Counted from the stretch's first letter, positions 47,345 to 61,061 are shown. The stretch: 64,000 nucleotides of DNA from Hyphochytrium catenoides (GCA_900088475.1 FLMG01003777.1:11145-75144), one strand, 5' to 3'. Notes: generated by a model from the sequence alone, not told the origin. Translations and numbers: made by a program.

Positions 47345-50300
47345 ATGAAGGGACAAGCTTTAAACAGCGCGAGAGGAAGGTATATAAAATTCAGCCATGC
47401 CATTCACCGCAATTAGATAAACCTGTGTAGCGCTGACTATCCAGCCACTTAGCAGGAAAGAGCAGTTGGAGTCAACTTTTGGTTATGTTCCTCTGTCTCC
47501 TAACGAGGTGACCATGCTCACAAAGACAGAGGAACTCAAAAGACGAAGGAAGAGGCTGGAAGACGTTCGGAGGCAAGAAAGAGCGTTCGCTGCGGTGGTC
47601 CGTCAGCGCTATAGAAATCGGATGTACCACACCAAGGCTCAGGTTCTTGAGAAGCTTAAAGTAAGTTGAGCCTCTCTTGCATAAAACCAAGGGCAAGCCT
47701 TGGAAGAGTGAAGTCGAGATTAGTCTATCGCGTCAGGTAACCAGAGCGCTGAAAAGTCAAACTGGAAGATCATGAAGCGGATAGAAGGCCACCTTGGGCG
47801 TGACTTGTGTTGGATGGCAGCCTTGTAGTTGTGGAGCTAGAGCGATTGAGCGACTGGCACCTTGTTGATCGTGAGCTCACGTTGTGTGCACTGCAGAGTG
47901 AATGGGAGGCAAAGAAGAATGCTAATATTGAAAACCTAAGCCAGTCCTACACCAACGCGCTTGCGTCCCTTGGAAGTGCAAACCGCGGTGCTTCAGCTTT
48001 TACTGAAGAGGAGTTGATGCTAGCTGAGCGTCACGCGACGGTAAGATAAGAATCAGAGTTTAGAAGCTGCGGGCTGTCACGTCGAACGGCTTAGCTGCCC
48101 TTATACTGCCGTACCATGTAGCTAGGGCTACTTGTTATGCTTCCTGCTACTAGAAGTGTTTGACTCGCTGCGTGCGTTTCTGCTTTGTCCCTTATCCTCT
48201 GCGTGTAGTGGTGGCAGGAGAACTCTGCGGTGTCGAAGAAACGAAGCAACGTAGCTCTAGGACGCCAAAGAGAGGAGCTGCGAACAGTTCTTCAGCCTAT
48301 CGAGACAATGAAAATGAGACAGAAATTTCGAGACAATGCAGCCGTAGAGGAGAGAAGCCGAGCTAGGTTGAGGCAGATGAAGAGAGACAGAGAGGAGGCT
48401 GAAGAAAAAAAGCGAAAGACCACTTTTCCTCCCGATTTCCACGATATCCTTCTGGAAGACGAATCCAATATCGACGTCATTGGACCCAAGGATGTGGATT
48501 TCTCGAAGACAAGAGTGAGACACAGCATCGTTTGCCACAGAAACAAAGCTCATAGAAGTGCAGAAGAAGCAGCCGAGGAACACAGGAAGAAAGTGAAGGA
48601 GGAGGAACGAAGCCTAAATGAGCGGAGAAAGGATTTGGAAGAGAGGTCAAACGTCAGGGGAGAGAATGCGATATCTCTTGTACTCGCAGACCGAGACAGA
48701 GTAAGATTAGGAGAAGACCTCTCCCGACTTGGTACTATGCACGACCAGATGAAGACGTGGATGGGATCTAAGCATGCTACCTGGCAATCAATTGTGGGAA
48801 GAGAACGGCCGGACAGGGCAAGAAACAAACAGAAAGAGATGGAAGAACGTTTCGAGCGCCTTTTTATGACAGCCCCGACAGTGGACTATCCTAGTGTCAC
48901 GGTCCACACAGACGGTCTAGAGGAAGAACCCCGGTCTCCTATTGCCTATGATGGACAGGATGTGAAAAGGCTCTCTCCTCCCACTACTGTCTTGCCTCCC
49001 AGTAACTTCCTTAACAGGGACGAGGAAATGCAGTCTCCTTCTCCACCAGTCTCCAGTGGCGTCCCGCAACATCCAACGCCGGTCCGGGCGAAGGTAGACG
49101 GAGACATATGGCAGAAAGGGGATAGGCAGAGAGCTTCGGGATATCAGGAGGCTTCTATGGACGCTCGGAGGAGAGCCCAGGCCGATTATTCTCGAGTAGA
49201 ACGACCCGCAGGGAATGTAGCTCGATCTGACTTGCTAACAGAAGCTACTCCGGATTCAGTCCGTATCGTCTCCGGAATCCGGACAACTGGAGACAGCACC
49301 CGCGGATACCGCACGTCGCAAGCTACCACTGAAAGGAATTATTTTGATCATCGACGGCCCGTCGAGAGTTTAGCCCATGCGGCAAGAGAAAGCGGTGAGT
49401 CAGATGAAAGAGCAGAGCGAACTAGGTATCCGATCCAAGGATTGAACCTAGGGACCTTTCCATCAGTTCCAAGAGGATCCTCGGAGACTCTCTCCGCTCA
49501 AATTGAGGAACGTAAGGGAGAAGAAAGAGCGCAAAGCAGCCAGTTTGTTCAAGGGAGTCTGGAGCAAGAGAGTTTAGAGGAGTCACAGGACGAAAGTGAG
49601 GACCTGTCTGCTCACTCTCTCCTTGAAAGTGCCCGATCATCCTCAATACTCTCCGCTTCGCCTCTTAGCGAAGACCAAAGGGAAGTAGGTCCGGAAGTAG
49701 ACAGCTTCCAGGTTTTGGGAAAGAATATGAGGGCAGCCATCCAAAATATGGAGACTCTGCTCAGGCGAGAGCCAGCTGCTGACATAGCCCATCGGCCAGC
49801 AGGTCTCAGACGGGATGGTACGGCGTCAGACAGACAGGAATTGGGGAAAAAAGAACCAACATCGATTCCATCAGCACTTCCTGACACTCTTGATCTATCA
49901 TTGCCTAAGGAAGTGACGGAAGCTGGAAATTTGCCTCACGAGACCTCAAGTGCAAGAGAAGTCTATGTAAAGTCCGAAAAGCAAGGAATGGAAAGGGAAC
50001 TGCCAAGAGCAGGGTCTCCATTACCGTTTTACGCGGCCCCGGCTCCATCTCTAACTACCGTGGCACAACCCCTAGAAAATACTCCAGAAAAGCGAAAGCA
50101 AGCGGGAGAAGAGCTTTTCGAAGAAGAGAAGCTGTACAAGCGTGACAATTTGGATGACGAAAGATCGTTGCATCCTGAGTTCCACGACAAGGAGAAATCC
50201 ACAGGTACTATTATACATGACCTTCAACACGTTGCACGTGTTTTAACCTTGGTCTGCACTTTGTCCGGCAGTTCATCTGCTTTCCCGTCATGCTGGGGTG

Positions 50301-53300
50301 GACGTTCCACCCATGGAAAGCTGGGTGGCAGACGAGGATTCAGATGTTAGCGATGAGAGTCCGCAAGGATCACTTGGGAGGGAGCAGGATTTCTTAACCG
50401 TCAGATCCCCTATCCGCAGATATAGACAGAGCCATCAGCACCTGGAAATACATATTCGTAAGCTTCAAGAGGACCTAAGAAACACGGCACTTGGCAGTGG
50501 AGAAGAATCCGAGCAAGGGGTAAATGATGCATTAGATGTCAGTCATATTCGTGCTGTCGAGACTGAAGAATCACCTGCTAAGAAAATTGCAGAGGAAGAC
50601 GGCAAAAAACGTGGCGAGAAGAGACAGGATGGGGAGCCGATGGACATAGAGATTAGCAAATTCCAGGAAGAGCATCGGAAACTGCAGGAGCAAGTGCAGA
50701 AGCTCCGTATGGAAAGATTACAACTTCTATCCCTCCGCAGCTCGTCTTTGTTATCTTCCTCGTCTCTGTCGACGCCCGAGATAAGCAGACCAGAGAGTCC
50801 TGAGATGGATAAGCGCTCCGCACCACAAGTAGAGGGAGCTCCGTCTTTACCCAGAGCGGACGCTCTTCTCCAAGATCGTCGGGAAGAAAGCCCACCAATA
50901 GCTAGCAGGCCCACCCCTCAGCCACAAGCGCTGTATCAGGAGGCAAATGGCCAAGAAGCAGGGTTCTTTCCTTCTCTAGCAGAAAATATAAATCATAATC
51001 TTGACAGAGTCAAGGAGAGAAAAGCAGAGGGGGAGGAGGGAAGGGACTCATCTCCAAAAGAGGGATATAGTAGCCGGGCATCCCCGGCAGCAGTCCGTTC
51101 AGAATGGTACGGGGCCCGTTATGACTTCGGTGCTTTTGGCGGTAGTGTGTCATCTCTTCTACCCACTGAACCATCCCGGTCTGCCGGTGGGGCTCCTCAG
51201 CGTTCAACAGCCACGGCGAGTGACTTGAGCAGCCTTTCTCGCGGGAACGGAGGTATCAGAGGCGTGACACCTCAGACTGAAGTCAGAGAAGATCTACCAA
51301 GCACTGTACTTCTTTCTGTACCAGTTAGCAGGCCGATGGGAGCTTCGGAAGAACGACGCACACCTTTGGGCTCTCCTGAGGAACCTTCCAAGACTTTATC
51401 GGCGGAGAAAGATGGAAGTGTAGAGGAGAATACTAACACCATGATCGCCCACAGTCATCAGAATGTAGAGCAAGCTGAAGAGCACCATGGTTCAGAAGGG
51501 CTCCCTCTCTCTCCTCTCTCTCAGATGATAGAGGAGGAACGGGTCTATGGCTTAGGTTTGGGAAAGGAAGAAGAAGAGTACCTCACGGCTTTACTCGGGG
51601 ATGATGACTACCCTCTCTCTGTCGAGTCGCAGTTGCCTCTCTCTCCCTATCGTCTCGAAACAGAAGACGTGGGATCGTGGGAAGACCAATATTTGGACTC
51701 GTTATCTCATCGTCAAGACCTCAGAAGAGAGAGCGGCTTAATTGACCCAAACACCGTCCCGATTGCTTTGGGTAGGGATGGAAGGGTGCCTGGCAAAGCT
51801 GGCAAAGAGTCTACATACGACGAGGTCAAGATCGAGAGGTCCTTAGGGGTAGTTGCGGAAGAGAGGCAGGTAGGGTTCTCATCCTCCCCTACTGCGGAGG
51901 TTGAGGCGCAGTCGGTTACTCAAAGCAGATTTGCTTCAAGTGAGAGCAGAGGAAATACGGTGCCAAATGTGGAGCAGGTGCCAATTGAGGTCGAAAAGGC
52001 TAAGACAGCTAGGATTCCCAGTCTTCAGGGTTTGGGTACACCAACTCCAGTCGTGGATGAAGAAGAAGAAGCGATACTTCCCTCCTACTTGCAGGGCATC
52101 GTCAGCAGTCAAGAGAGAGATTACTCGCAACCTTTACCTCCCTTTCCGCACCAGCACTCTGTGGTACTGGAGAGTCAACAACTTCAGGAAAGAAGCGAGG
52201 TAGTACGGGTACAGAAAGATGAAGCTGGCCAGGAGACAAAGGACGTACGCAAGCACCGTCGTGGAGCGGAGTCACCACCCGACCTTCCAACGGAAGCTAA
52301 AGACGCAACTGAGTCAAGAGAGCAGAACCATCCGGTGACATTTGCGAGGCGAGAGGACAATCACGATGGATCGGAAGCCCACTGGCCCCAACCCGTCGAG
52401 AGGAAGGAAGAGGTGAAACAAGTGGACAACGCTCCCATTTTGGTGCCAGTAGAGCGACGGTACCCAGTCAAAGCAGGACAGGAGGAACTCTCACTTACAC
52501 TTGCCGAAGGAAAGAAGCAGGAAACGGATCAGGACATTGCCGAGGCGAGCCCAGAACAGGAAACGAGATCTAAGTCAGACAGAGCAGATAGTCACAATTA
52601 TCAGCGTATTTCCACTTTTTCTGAGGCTTATGACAGGCCCGAGGAAAAACAAGATGAAGGGAACGGCCTAATGGATAAAGCAACCAAGACTGATGAGAAA
52701 CGCGAGACTTTCTCTCGCGCTTTAAATGACGATAAATCGAGACAATCGCCGGTCCTGGAACAAGAAGAGCGCAGCACGACAGTGCTTCCTACTGCGCTTG
52801 GCATAGAGAGCGTTTTACATCCGTCAGCCTTCTCAAGGCCTGACGAGGACAGAAGCATATTCGTCGAAAGACTCTCCCCGGAATATTCTCAGTTGTATCA
52901 AGAGGGCATTGTGGTAAAGGATGTGGAAGAGCCTTCGGTACCTTTTGGATTCTCGGGCCCTAGCCCAAGTTCAGGGGAGAGGTCCGCCCAGGGCGAAGAG
53001 ATCTTGCAAACGACGAAGCCTATGGAAGAAGCGGTCGAGGTGGACTCGAAGAGACCAGGATCTTCAGCTGCCTGGACCAACCCAGAACCAACATCAGCGA
53101 ACCGCGGGGCCGACTGGGAGTCCCACCTAAAGGAACATCTTTCTTTTGCCAGTCCTTCCCCTATCTCCTCTTTGGCCGACTGGGAGTCCCACCTAAAGGA
53201 ACATCTTTCTTTTGCCAGTCCTTCCCCTATCTCCTCTTTGGAGGCTCTTGCGAGTGGCGATGATGAGGACCTTAGCTTGGTAGCAGCCCGCACAAGGTCG

Positions 53301-55160
53301 ACTGAAGAACGTTTCAGCGAAGTGAAGCCGCTCGTTGACGTACTGCCTGCTTTGATAATGGAGAAAGGCACCAAGCAACAGACAGGCACAGAAGAGGTCA
53401 GAGAGTTAACGCATGGCAAGCTGGAAGCTGAAGTAAAATCCCAATCCTCCAGCCAGTCTCATCGCTATCGCCTTCGCTCGTCTATGCGTGTAATCAAGGA
53501 AAGAAGAGGTCTTCCAGAAGTCCTGACACGGTTAGCTGACGAAAGATGGAGAGACCGACAAGTTGCTGGTCTATCCGATCTGAGTGCTGCCAGTGCGCCT
53601 GAAAGTGAAGAAGAAGAACCGCGAGCCTATTCAGGCACCCCATCAACCTCTTTCTCTAGAAGAAGAGACTACTCGAGGGAGAAAAGAGAAGATTTACCTC
53701 TATCACCTGGTAGCGATACCTCTGCTGCCCGTCATTATTCTGATCCTTTGCCTCCCGCTCCAGCCGCACATCTTCCCGATCCTTACGGGGGGCTATCTTC
53801 CAGGGATGGCTATTGGGCTCCTCCTCCTCCTCCTCCTATGCTGCCAAGTCTATTCCCGTACCAGCCCGTCAATCCGACACCTCCCTTTCCTCCCATACCT
53901 CCTCCCGCATATTTAGATGGGTACGAGGGACGTGTCTCGGAAAAGCTCCCACGTTCACTCTTCTCCGAATCGAAGTGGAACGGGGTGACTCCACCAGCTC
54001 CTCTGCCTCCACCTCCGCCACTCCCCCTATCGTTCTACTCGCCAACTGTTCCGCCAAACATTGGTTCCGGACTCTCTTCCTTCCCGCCTTATCCCCTCTC
54101 TCAATATCCTCCCCAACATTGGCACACATCTTCCTTCAATAGTACTGAAGGTGTTCCCGGTCAGACTGCAGAAAGCAGTAGAGTAGAAGGAGAAGCAGGA
54201 GAACAACACCAACCGGTAAGGCGAAAGCCGATAGCTTGGGATATATCGGGTAACGGGTCTGGGGAGACAGTACTTGGGGAGACCATTGAAGGAGAGCGTC
54301 CGGCTGCTGTTCCCCTCTCTGCAGCCTTTCAAGAGAAGAAAAAGAACTTTATGGTACGGTCACAAATGAGGGTGGCTCAAGCGAGAGAGAGCCGGTTCCA
54401 CCAGTCAAAGCTTGAAGAGAGCGCCAAAGGCGGAAGTGCTCAGGGCATGGTCTCAGCTTCTCGTTTGGAAGGAACAGGTGAAGGTAATCTAGTCGATGTA
54501 CTCTCCAAGTTCTCTAATGTTATCAGCGGCTTTGGGTCTTCTTCGTCCTCTTTCTCTCCCCGCCCTTACCCGGTGTAATCCTCTCTTCCTTCCCACGCCC
54601 TTCTTCTTTTGACGTAGTGGAGCTAGGCAGAAGCCCCAAGCCAGAGCTCCTCAGTCGACTGGCGTCAGGAGAGAGAGTGAAGGTTCCAGGGAAAGAAATG
54701 AGGAAGAGATCCGCCCGATACTACTATAAGCTTCCAGAAGTCAAGAAAATGATCGACGAGAAGCAAAAGAGACAGGAGAAGTTGGACAGGATGCAGAAAG
54801 TGAAGGAACAAGACAAGGTGATAAGTGCAACATGATGGCAGTGCTATTCCATATTTTGACTTTGTCATTGGTCCATTTCTTGACATTATCGGTGGTCCTT
54901 GGCTCTGTGGTGCGTTCACTTTCTAGTCCAGCTCAATTCTCTTCTGCCATAACGCCGCGCATCTCTTTGAAGCACTTGGCTCCATGCTCAAGCCGAACCT
55001 TTGCTATTGCTTCTATGACCCTAAATGGCTGTTTTTTCCGTACTGCCTCTTTCTGACTCTTTGCTCTCGCTATCTTCGCCTCATTTTACTCTAGGCCCGC
55101 CGCGAGGAGATGCGAAGACGACAGCATTCGATAGGGAAAGCTGGTTTACGCGGCACATAA
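47345..55160 (+). CDS. CEP295: CEP295/Ana1-like centriolar protein with DDC8-like N-terminus and C-terminal ALMS motif, about 2300 aa, 7 exons
   Basis: N-terminus LSPNE...EELKRRRKRLEDVRRQERAFA...LK|SEWEAKK..IENL...Y..AL.SLG resembles the human CEP295 N-terminus as I recall it (LSPNEE...RRRKLRLLQVREQER...LRAEWEE). C-terminus LSAAFQEKKKNFMVRSQMR...KEMRKRSARYYYKLPEVKK fits the ALMS motif. The middle is long and disordered. The start exon (ATG 47345) was inferred from splice phase. Confidence 0.8.
53108..53241. repeat. Perfect in-frame 66-bp tandem duplication inside the CEP295-like CDS
   Basis: ADWESHLKEHLSFASPSPISSL is encoded twice with identical nucleotides. Confidence 0.95.
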
Positions 55161-55819
55161 CAGGCAGGATGCGGCCCTGACTCTGACCCCTGACGTGGCT
55201 TGTCATCCTCTCCACATTCTCACCTTGTCCTCGAGCTCTTTGTCTCCAGCACTCCGGTTGATCATCGTGTCTCTTCGTCTCCCTCAAACATTATCTATCT
55301 TGTACTTTTGAAAACCCCACTTTGTATGTACGATAATGGTGATGGATCAGAACCATCCTAATTTGAAATACAGCTCTTTCTACCTACTAAATAATAGAAC
55401 CGTGGGAGTCTATATCCTGAATAGTAGATGTTGTACTTGCTATCTCAAGCGGCACGGAGGAGCCAGCGCAGCAGGAAGGCCAGGCTAGCTTTAGCTAAGG
55501 AAACAGTCTACTTTCTTGATGTATGGCATGGCTGCAGCGCTTCATTGGCGTGCTTCCCTGCGTGATGCAGCACAGAAGGGGTTCCACTGGCTCTTATCTG
55601 TCAAAGCTCCGGAGCTTAGCTAGCGAGAGCTGAAGAGCGCTCTGCATGCTCAGTAAGAGCAGAATGGAAACGATTATCAGGACCCGCCGAATAGAGCTCG
55701 GACATGAATAGCTTGATGGCGGCGAGCTTCATCACGGACGCCTGCTGGCACCATGCTTGCCATTAGAATTGTCGGACTCCGTTGAAGTCTAGGTTTCTAT
55801 TTTCACCCCGGACACGAAG

Positions 55820-57775
55820 ATGCAGCCGGACACTGCAACGCTAGAACAAAGCCAGGCATCTGGCATAGCACCTTTGCTAGGTGTAGAGAACTCCAATCAA
55901 ACGGTTCCCATGGCCCAAACTGTGGACGGTCCGGGACCTTTCCCTATGGAAGACCTATTAGGAGGAGATTTTGATGCAGTTAATGACTGGAAAGAAGCGG
56001 GAGGTGACATCAACAGTCCTCTGGTACGGCCCATGATATTTCGTGCTACCACTTTCTTCGATACCGGTTTGAATTGCGTCCATTTTGTCCTTGGCGAACA
56101 CAAAGTGCCTTCTGGCTCGGGCTTGCCTCTTTTTGGCCGGCGGGTGACTTGAAAGTCCCTTTCTGTTATGTCTAAGGCGCCGATGTCTATGCGCCATTAA
56201 CTGACTCCCTGTTTGCCTCTTCGTGCGCTTCCGTCTCGTAGGATAGCTCAGGCTGGACCCCTCTCTGCTTCGTTAGCTCTTTGTCCCACGTCCCTGCTAT
56301 TCGGTTGTTGGTCGAGTTGGGCGCCCAGCTTCCAAGCAGGGAAAATAACAATCCACTGCCAGGACTGCCAAGTCAACCATCGATCGTTTCTGACCATGTT
56401 AGAACCCAGCTTATGCCCTTCTTCGCTTAGCCCTCTCTCGATCTTTTCCTTGTTCTCTTGCACTTCTTGTATGCCCCTAAATCTCTCATCCTAAGTCTCT
56501 CTGTCCTTGTACTCCAAGGCGGCTTCTCAGCGCGCTCTTTTCATGTCAGGCCCAGAAGAAGCAGGGATATGGCCCTTTGCATATTGCTGCGCGCTTTGGT
56601 TCCAATGAGGTCTTGAAGCTGCTGCTTCAACTTGGGGCGTTTGCCGATGCAAGAGATGGCGTAAGCTGCATTAGCCTCGTTTGTCTAAGTCGTGTGTCCC
56701 CTTATGTGCATGAAGTGTGAATGACCACCATCTCTTCCCTTCCTCTGGATACTGCTCCTATGTGCAACCCTCTTCTGCGATTACGGCTCGGTTTCCAGTG
56801 TGCGAAGTCTGCATCTATGTCTCTTAGGCATCTGTGGTACAGGAAGGTTTTACACCATTGCACTATGCAGCAGCTAATGGTTGGCTCGAAGCCTGTCAGC
56901 TTCTGGTGAAGGAAGGAGCCGAGGTCACAGCAGCTAACAAGGTTGAGGTGCCTTTGAACTGCATGTGAACTCTACCGAACATCTTCCTTACCTCTTGTCT
57001 CCTTGCTCCCGCACCCGTTATCGTAGACAAATGTCACTGCATTGGACTTAGCCAAAATAGAAGGTCAACGACAGATAGAAATCTGGTTGAGGACAAAGAT
57101 AGGGATTCTATCAGGTATACCAATGCAAAAGCTAAAAGGAGGGGTTGTCGACGCTTGCATGAGGAGTTTGGCGTCGGCGCTAGTCGGCCAAGAAGAGCAT
57201 AATCATTAGTGGCTGAGAGCGCTACTCATATCAGATCCACGGTACTCCGGAGTGTCACACTGGCTGACATCAATCGGACTCTCAGAGTATGCGAATGACT
57301 TCGTCCTGGCTGGTTATGATGATATCGACTTCATCAAAAAGGTATGTGAATATCCCATCTCCCTGCCTTTACCCCCCATAGAAAGGCTCCCCCACAGCCT
57401 AATTTACTGGCCTTCTTGATTTCCTCCTGTTCCAATTGCTTTATTTGTTGGAAGTCTGAGTAGCCTTTGGGTTGTCTTAATCAACCTATCTCAGCGGTTC
57501 GTTTCTGGCTTTTATCTTCTATGTGGTTTACTTATAGACTGTGTCTCCTCCTCTGACTGTCCTAGTACGGGCTAGATGACAAGGACCTCGATGCCATTGG
57601 TGTGAAGAAGATGGGTCATAGGAAGAAGCTATTATCGTCTTACCGCTTATTGGAAGAAGGCCAAGATAATGACGAGCAAGAATCAAGTGAGGAAGCCTCA
57701 GAAGAGGAAAACAGCAGTGAGGAAGGAGACAGTGAGAGTGACGGTGAGGAGGAAAGCGACGAAGAAGATGATTAG
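55820..57775 (+). CDS. Ankyrin-repeat + SAM domain protein with an acidic tail, about 7 exons
   Basis: Spliced ankyrin motifs GWTPLCF, GYGPLHIAARFG, GFTPLHYAAANG and TALDLAK. SAM domain VSHWLTSIGLSEYANDFVLAGYDDIDFIKK|YGLDDKDLDAIGVKKMGHRKKLL, then a D/E-rich end. Confidence 0.85.
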
Positions 57776-57990
57776 CGTTGTTCGCCAATCAGATGTTGCT
57801 CGAGGTTAAGGTCCCATTAGATAAACTGACCGCCTAGAAGGATGCGAAGGGCACGAAACATAATTGCGTCCAATTATATAAAAGCACGAAATGTAAACCT
57901 CCCTGCCTTTGTCTATGCTTTATAAAGCTGGTTCGGCGGAAGTTGCCTCCCTTATACCTCCTCTTAATCGTTCTTGGTTCCCCTGTCTCT

Positions 57991-58580
57991 TTAGTCCTTC
58001 TTAGCGGCAGGAGCGGAATCGGGGCCTTCTGCTGCTGCCTGAAGCTGGTGTCGGACCTGCTCGTACAGTGAGCTGAGGAAGTGTTCCCAAAGGAACTTTG
58101 CGCCGGTGGTCTGAGGCAGGAAGAGCCACAGAAGAAGGCCGAACTTGATGCCGTGAAAATAAGGGATAACGAGTCCAATGATGCTCAGGAAAAACTCGAA
58201 GAGATTGATGGAGGAGAAGATGACCCTGCAAGAGCGATAAATTAGAACCATTAGACCAAACAAGAGCATCATCTTCGTTTGCTGTTCTCCAAGAAGAAAA
58301 GAGGAGGTCAAACTTACCAGTATGACAGCCACTGGACATTGTCGTCCTTTTGAGCAGAGTTTATTGCCTTGAATGACGCAAATGCTGGGTATCCAACTCC
58401 AACGATGTTGGTGAGAAGCGCAGGCCCGAAGCCCACAAAGAGGAGCATGAGAAACAGAAGTCCGCCAGCCCCGACCATGTACAGCTTAGGGACCCCAGTC
58501 TTCTGTTCCGCGGTCTGCAGAGCCGGGACTTTGTCCAGCTGCGCCTGTAAGCGCTTCACAGATACTTGAATCTTATCCAT
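57991..58580 (-). CDS. YOP1: YOP1/REEP5 (TB2/DP1/HVA22) ER-shaping protein, 2 exons
   Basis: AEQKTGVPKLY...LTNIVGVGYPAFASFKAINS..KDDNVQWLSYW|VIFS...E.F...IPYFHGIKF.LLLWLFLPQT.GA..LW. Confidence 0.95.
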
Positions 58581-60035
58581 TCTTGGGTGTCGGGTGTCGC
58601 TCAGAAAGCAGTTCTAGATATGATCAAAAGAGGACGTTCTTAGCCGCGCTAGCAAACAATGCGCAGTCGGAGCCTCGTGTGAATAATGGTCACCAAGCTT
58701 CACAGAACAAAACGCTAGTGAGTTCGACTGAATGACAGCGCTACTAACCTTGACTCCTTCGCCTGTGGCTGCCTACTGACTGTTGTTGATGAGCTCGCCA
58801 ATGCCTGTCAGACGGCCAGATCCGCAGGAGACCACAGAGTTCCCTAGCGCGTGGATTCTTTCTTTTGCCCAAAGATCTTGGCTTCAGAAAGGGAAATCTG
58901 CAATGTCTGTCTTTCTTCTTGAGTTCATGGTCCACGCCCGTCCAAAGGCAACGAAGGTATATCTCTAGAGACAGAGGTTTGTGATAGACGGTATTGGTGC
59001 AGGGGAAAGGGTATTAAGCATGGGGATATTGGTATTAGAAAAGACAGAGTAGAGGAGATATATAGAGTCCAAAATGGGAGGGCAAGGGGGCGAACAGAAA
59101 CAGAATTTGTGCAGAAAGGAGAAGGAGAGGCGCGAGCTTGCCTATAGGGGACAGTTTGCCACATGAGTCTCAGATAGGTAATAAATGAAAATAGTCTTCC
59201 TCGCATACCCAGCAAATGGGACAAATCTACTACTACAGGTATTTAGCACGATCTCTGCCTTGATATAACTCAGAAGTTCTACGATGTCCTTATTACTACT
59301 CGTACTGCTGAAGACCCTCATAGCGGTTACCGGCTCACTTTGGTCCGTTTTTGCAGTCTACGAGTTCGTACGAAGATATTTGAGCTTCATAGCGCTCCTC
59401 ACCATGATGATGGCTCAATGCGATGTAACAAGCGGCAAAGATCCTCATCAGGCGGAGCTTCTCCGATGCTGGCGGCTGTGTCTGGAAGCCAGCAGCAGCA
59501 GCAGCATGGGACGCAACAAGAGGAGGTGTTGTCTGGCAACCTGCTGCTGGTAAATAGGTGCACTTTCGTCTTCTCTTCTATCTGTTTGTTGTGCATTCAT
59601 TCTTTTTCTTTTTCCTTCGTCCATCATGGTGATCGCTCCACAAATCGGCCCCAGCAGCACTATGTGAAGCATCATCAGGAGGTCCTATAGGACGCTGGTA
59701 TTGATAGATGATGATCGATTCCTCTTCTCTATCTATCTCTCGTCTTGTTGGGCGCTCACTCTCTTTCTTATCCGTTGTCTCTCTCTCCTTTCTCTCCGCG
59801 CCTAGCGGCAAAGCAAAAATATCGTGGTTGCGATGTTATCCGAGAAGAGGATCGTGTGTGTGCCTCATTGTTCACAAGAGATTTCGTCTCAACCTCGCCT
59901 ACAACGGGGATGTTCTTCTCGGCATGAGCTCATTACTGCTACATTTCTTCTTGTCATAGATATGGATTTCTGTTATAAAGAAGAGTTGTCCCTGCGCCAC
60001 GAGTGCTCGTTTGTACCCTCGCTATCGTGCTGCTT

Positions 60036-61061
60036 CTACCACTCTCTCAGTTGTCTGCTGGCAGATGACGAGGTAGTATTGTTTATGAGGGACTCTGTTC
60101 CCGGCTGCTCCCCTTTCAGACACCGCCGGGTGCCAGTTATCCCAACAAAGACTCCAGAGAGAACTGACTGGACTTGAGGGACTCCTGAGAGCGTATAGTT
60201 AACGCGTACAGTGTAAAAGCCGGCATACGCATCACTTGGCCAAGACATATAGTAAAAGGAGTCAGAAGGCTTGACATTGGCGGAGGCAAGAACATGGAAC
60301 AGCTTGCCAGAGCTGGTAGTCCGCATCAACTCCATCGTGATGCCGACCACACTGGCCCTGTTAAATTCCGGATCCTTGCTGAACGAGAAGGAACAGTGAA
60401 CACTAGAACTGATGAGGAGTTCATCGCCTGCCTTCGGCTCCGTGATGCTCAACGACTTGAAGTTGTTAAGGTTGACTGGCCGATGGGCTTCCCCTGTGGC
60501 GCATACTTTGCCTGTTGGCAATATCTTGACTTTGGGAGACGACGTGCTGAAGCGGATAGGCCCCCCACTGAGTCCTCCAACAGTGCTGCCAGAAGTTGTT
60601 GCGCCGAGCGATCCCGTCACACGGAAGTAGTATTCCCCCTTTGATAGGAGTAACGGCACGTGCCAAGTCCAGCTCCAATTTGGACCCTCTTTGTCCGAAG
60701 CAAAGATATAATCGGAGTCGGTGTAGTTATTGATGACAATGTCAACGACGTCATTGCTGTTGGCCTCTATTACTTCTACGCTGCATTTTGTCAGTTCAAG
60801 GACGGCGCTTCCAAGCTGGCCCTGGGGCTTAAGATCAGGAAATTCCAGGCCGACGTCGGCGAACTCCGTACCCGCCATCACGATCCTGCCCTCCGGAAAC
60901 TTCCATTTGGTTGTCATCTGCTTGGCGCCTTCCACTTGAGCTGCACATGGATGACTCCAGGTTATGAGGAGGAGTGACAACAAAAGCATTGAGAGGAGAC
61001 AGAAGATAGGGTGAAAGACCAGCAGTTTCCTTCTCCTGTTAGTGGTCGGCAGCTCCATCAT
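60036..61061 (-). CDS. Hypothetical secreted protein, paralog A of an unnamed beta-rich family
   Basis: Intronless ORF with signal peptide (IFCLLSMLLLSLLLITWSHPCAA). Shares SPK....CAT.E..P..L.N and GFY..R.NYT......V.S.LSGV.V......C..G..PG with the ORF at 63083. Confidence 0.75.
   Translation of the reverse strand: MMELPTTNRRRKLLVFHPIFCLLSMLLLSLLLITWSHPCAAQVEGAKQMTTKWKFPEGRIVMAGTEFADVGLEFPDLKPQGQLGSAVLELTKCSVEVIEANSNDVVDIVINNYTDSDYIFASDKEGPNWSWTWHVPLLLSKGEYYFRVTGSLGATTSGSTVGGLSGGPIRFSTSSPKVKILPTGKVCATGEAHRPVNLNNFKSLSITEPKAGDELLISSSVHCSFSFSKDPEFNRASVVGITMELMRTTSSGKLFHVLASANVKPSDSFYYMSWPSDAYAGFYTVRVNYTLSGVPQVQSVLSGVFVGITGTRRCLKGEQPGTESLINNTTSSSASRQLREW

Noticed and set aside
29499-53241. Short direct repeats as CRISPR arrays or target-site duplications
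   Set aside because: Only two adjacent copies each, with no spacers or intervening element, in a eukaryotic context.
50543-54332. Antisense ORFs within the CEP295-like exons (and within other long CDSs)
   Set aside because: Shadow frames of the real coding strand.
2381-58580. Functional cluster of ER/membrane genes (Pho88, SLC35B1, FKBP, Arf, flippase, YOP1)
   Set aside because: They are interspersed with unrelated genes, and ER genes are common. Only the SLC35B1/FKBP pair has shared cis-element evidence.
59284-59960. Short ORFs with poly-Gln/Cys/Ser between YOP1 and paralog A
   Set aside because: They derive from (GCA)n and CT-rich simple sequence and have no domain evidence.
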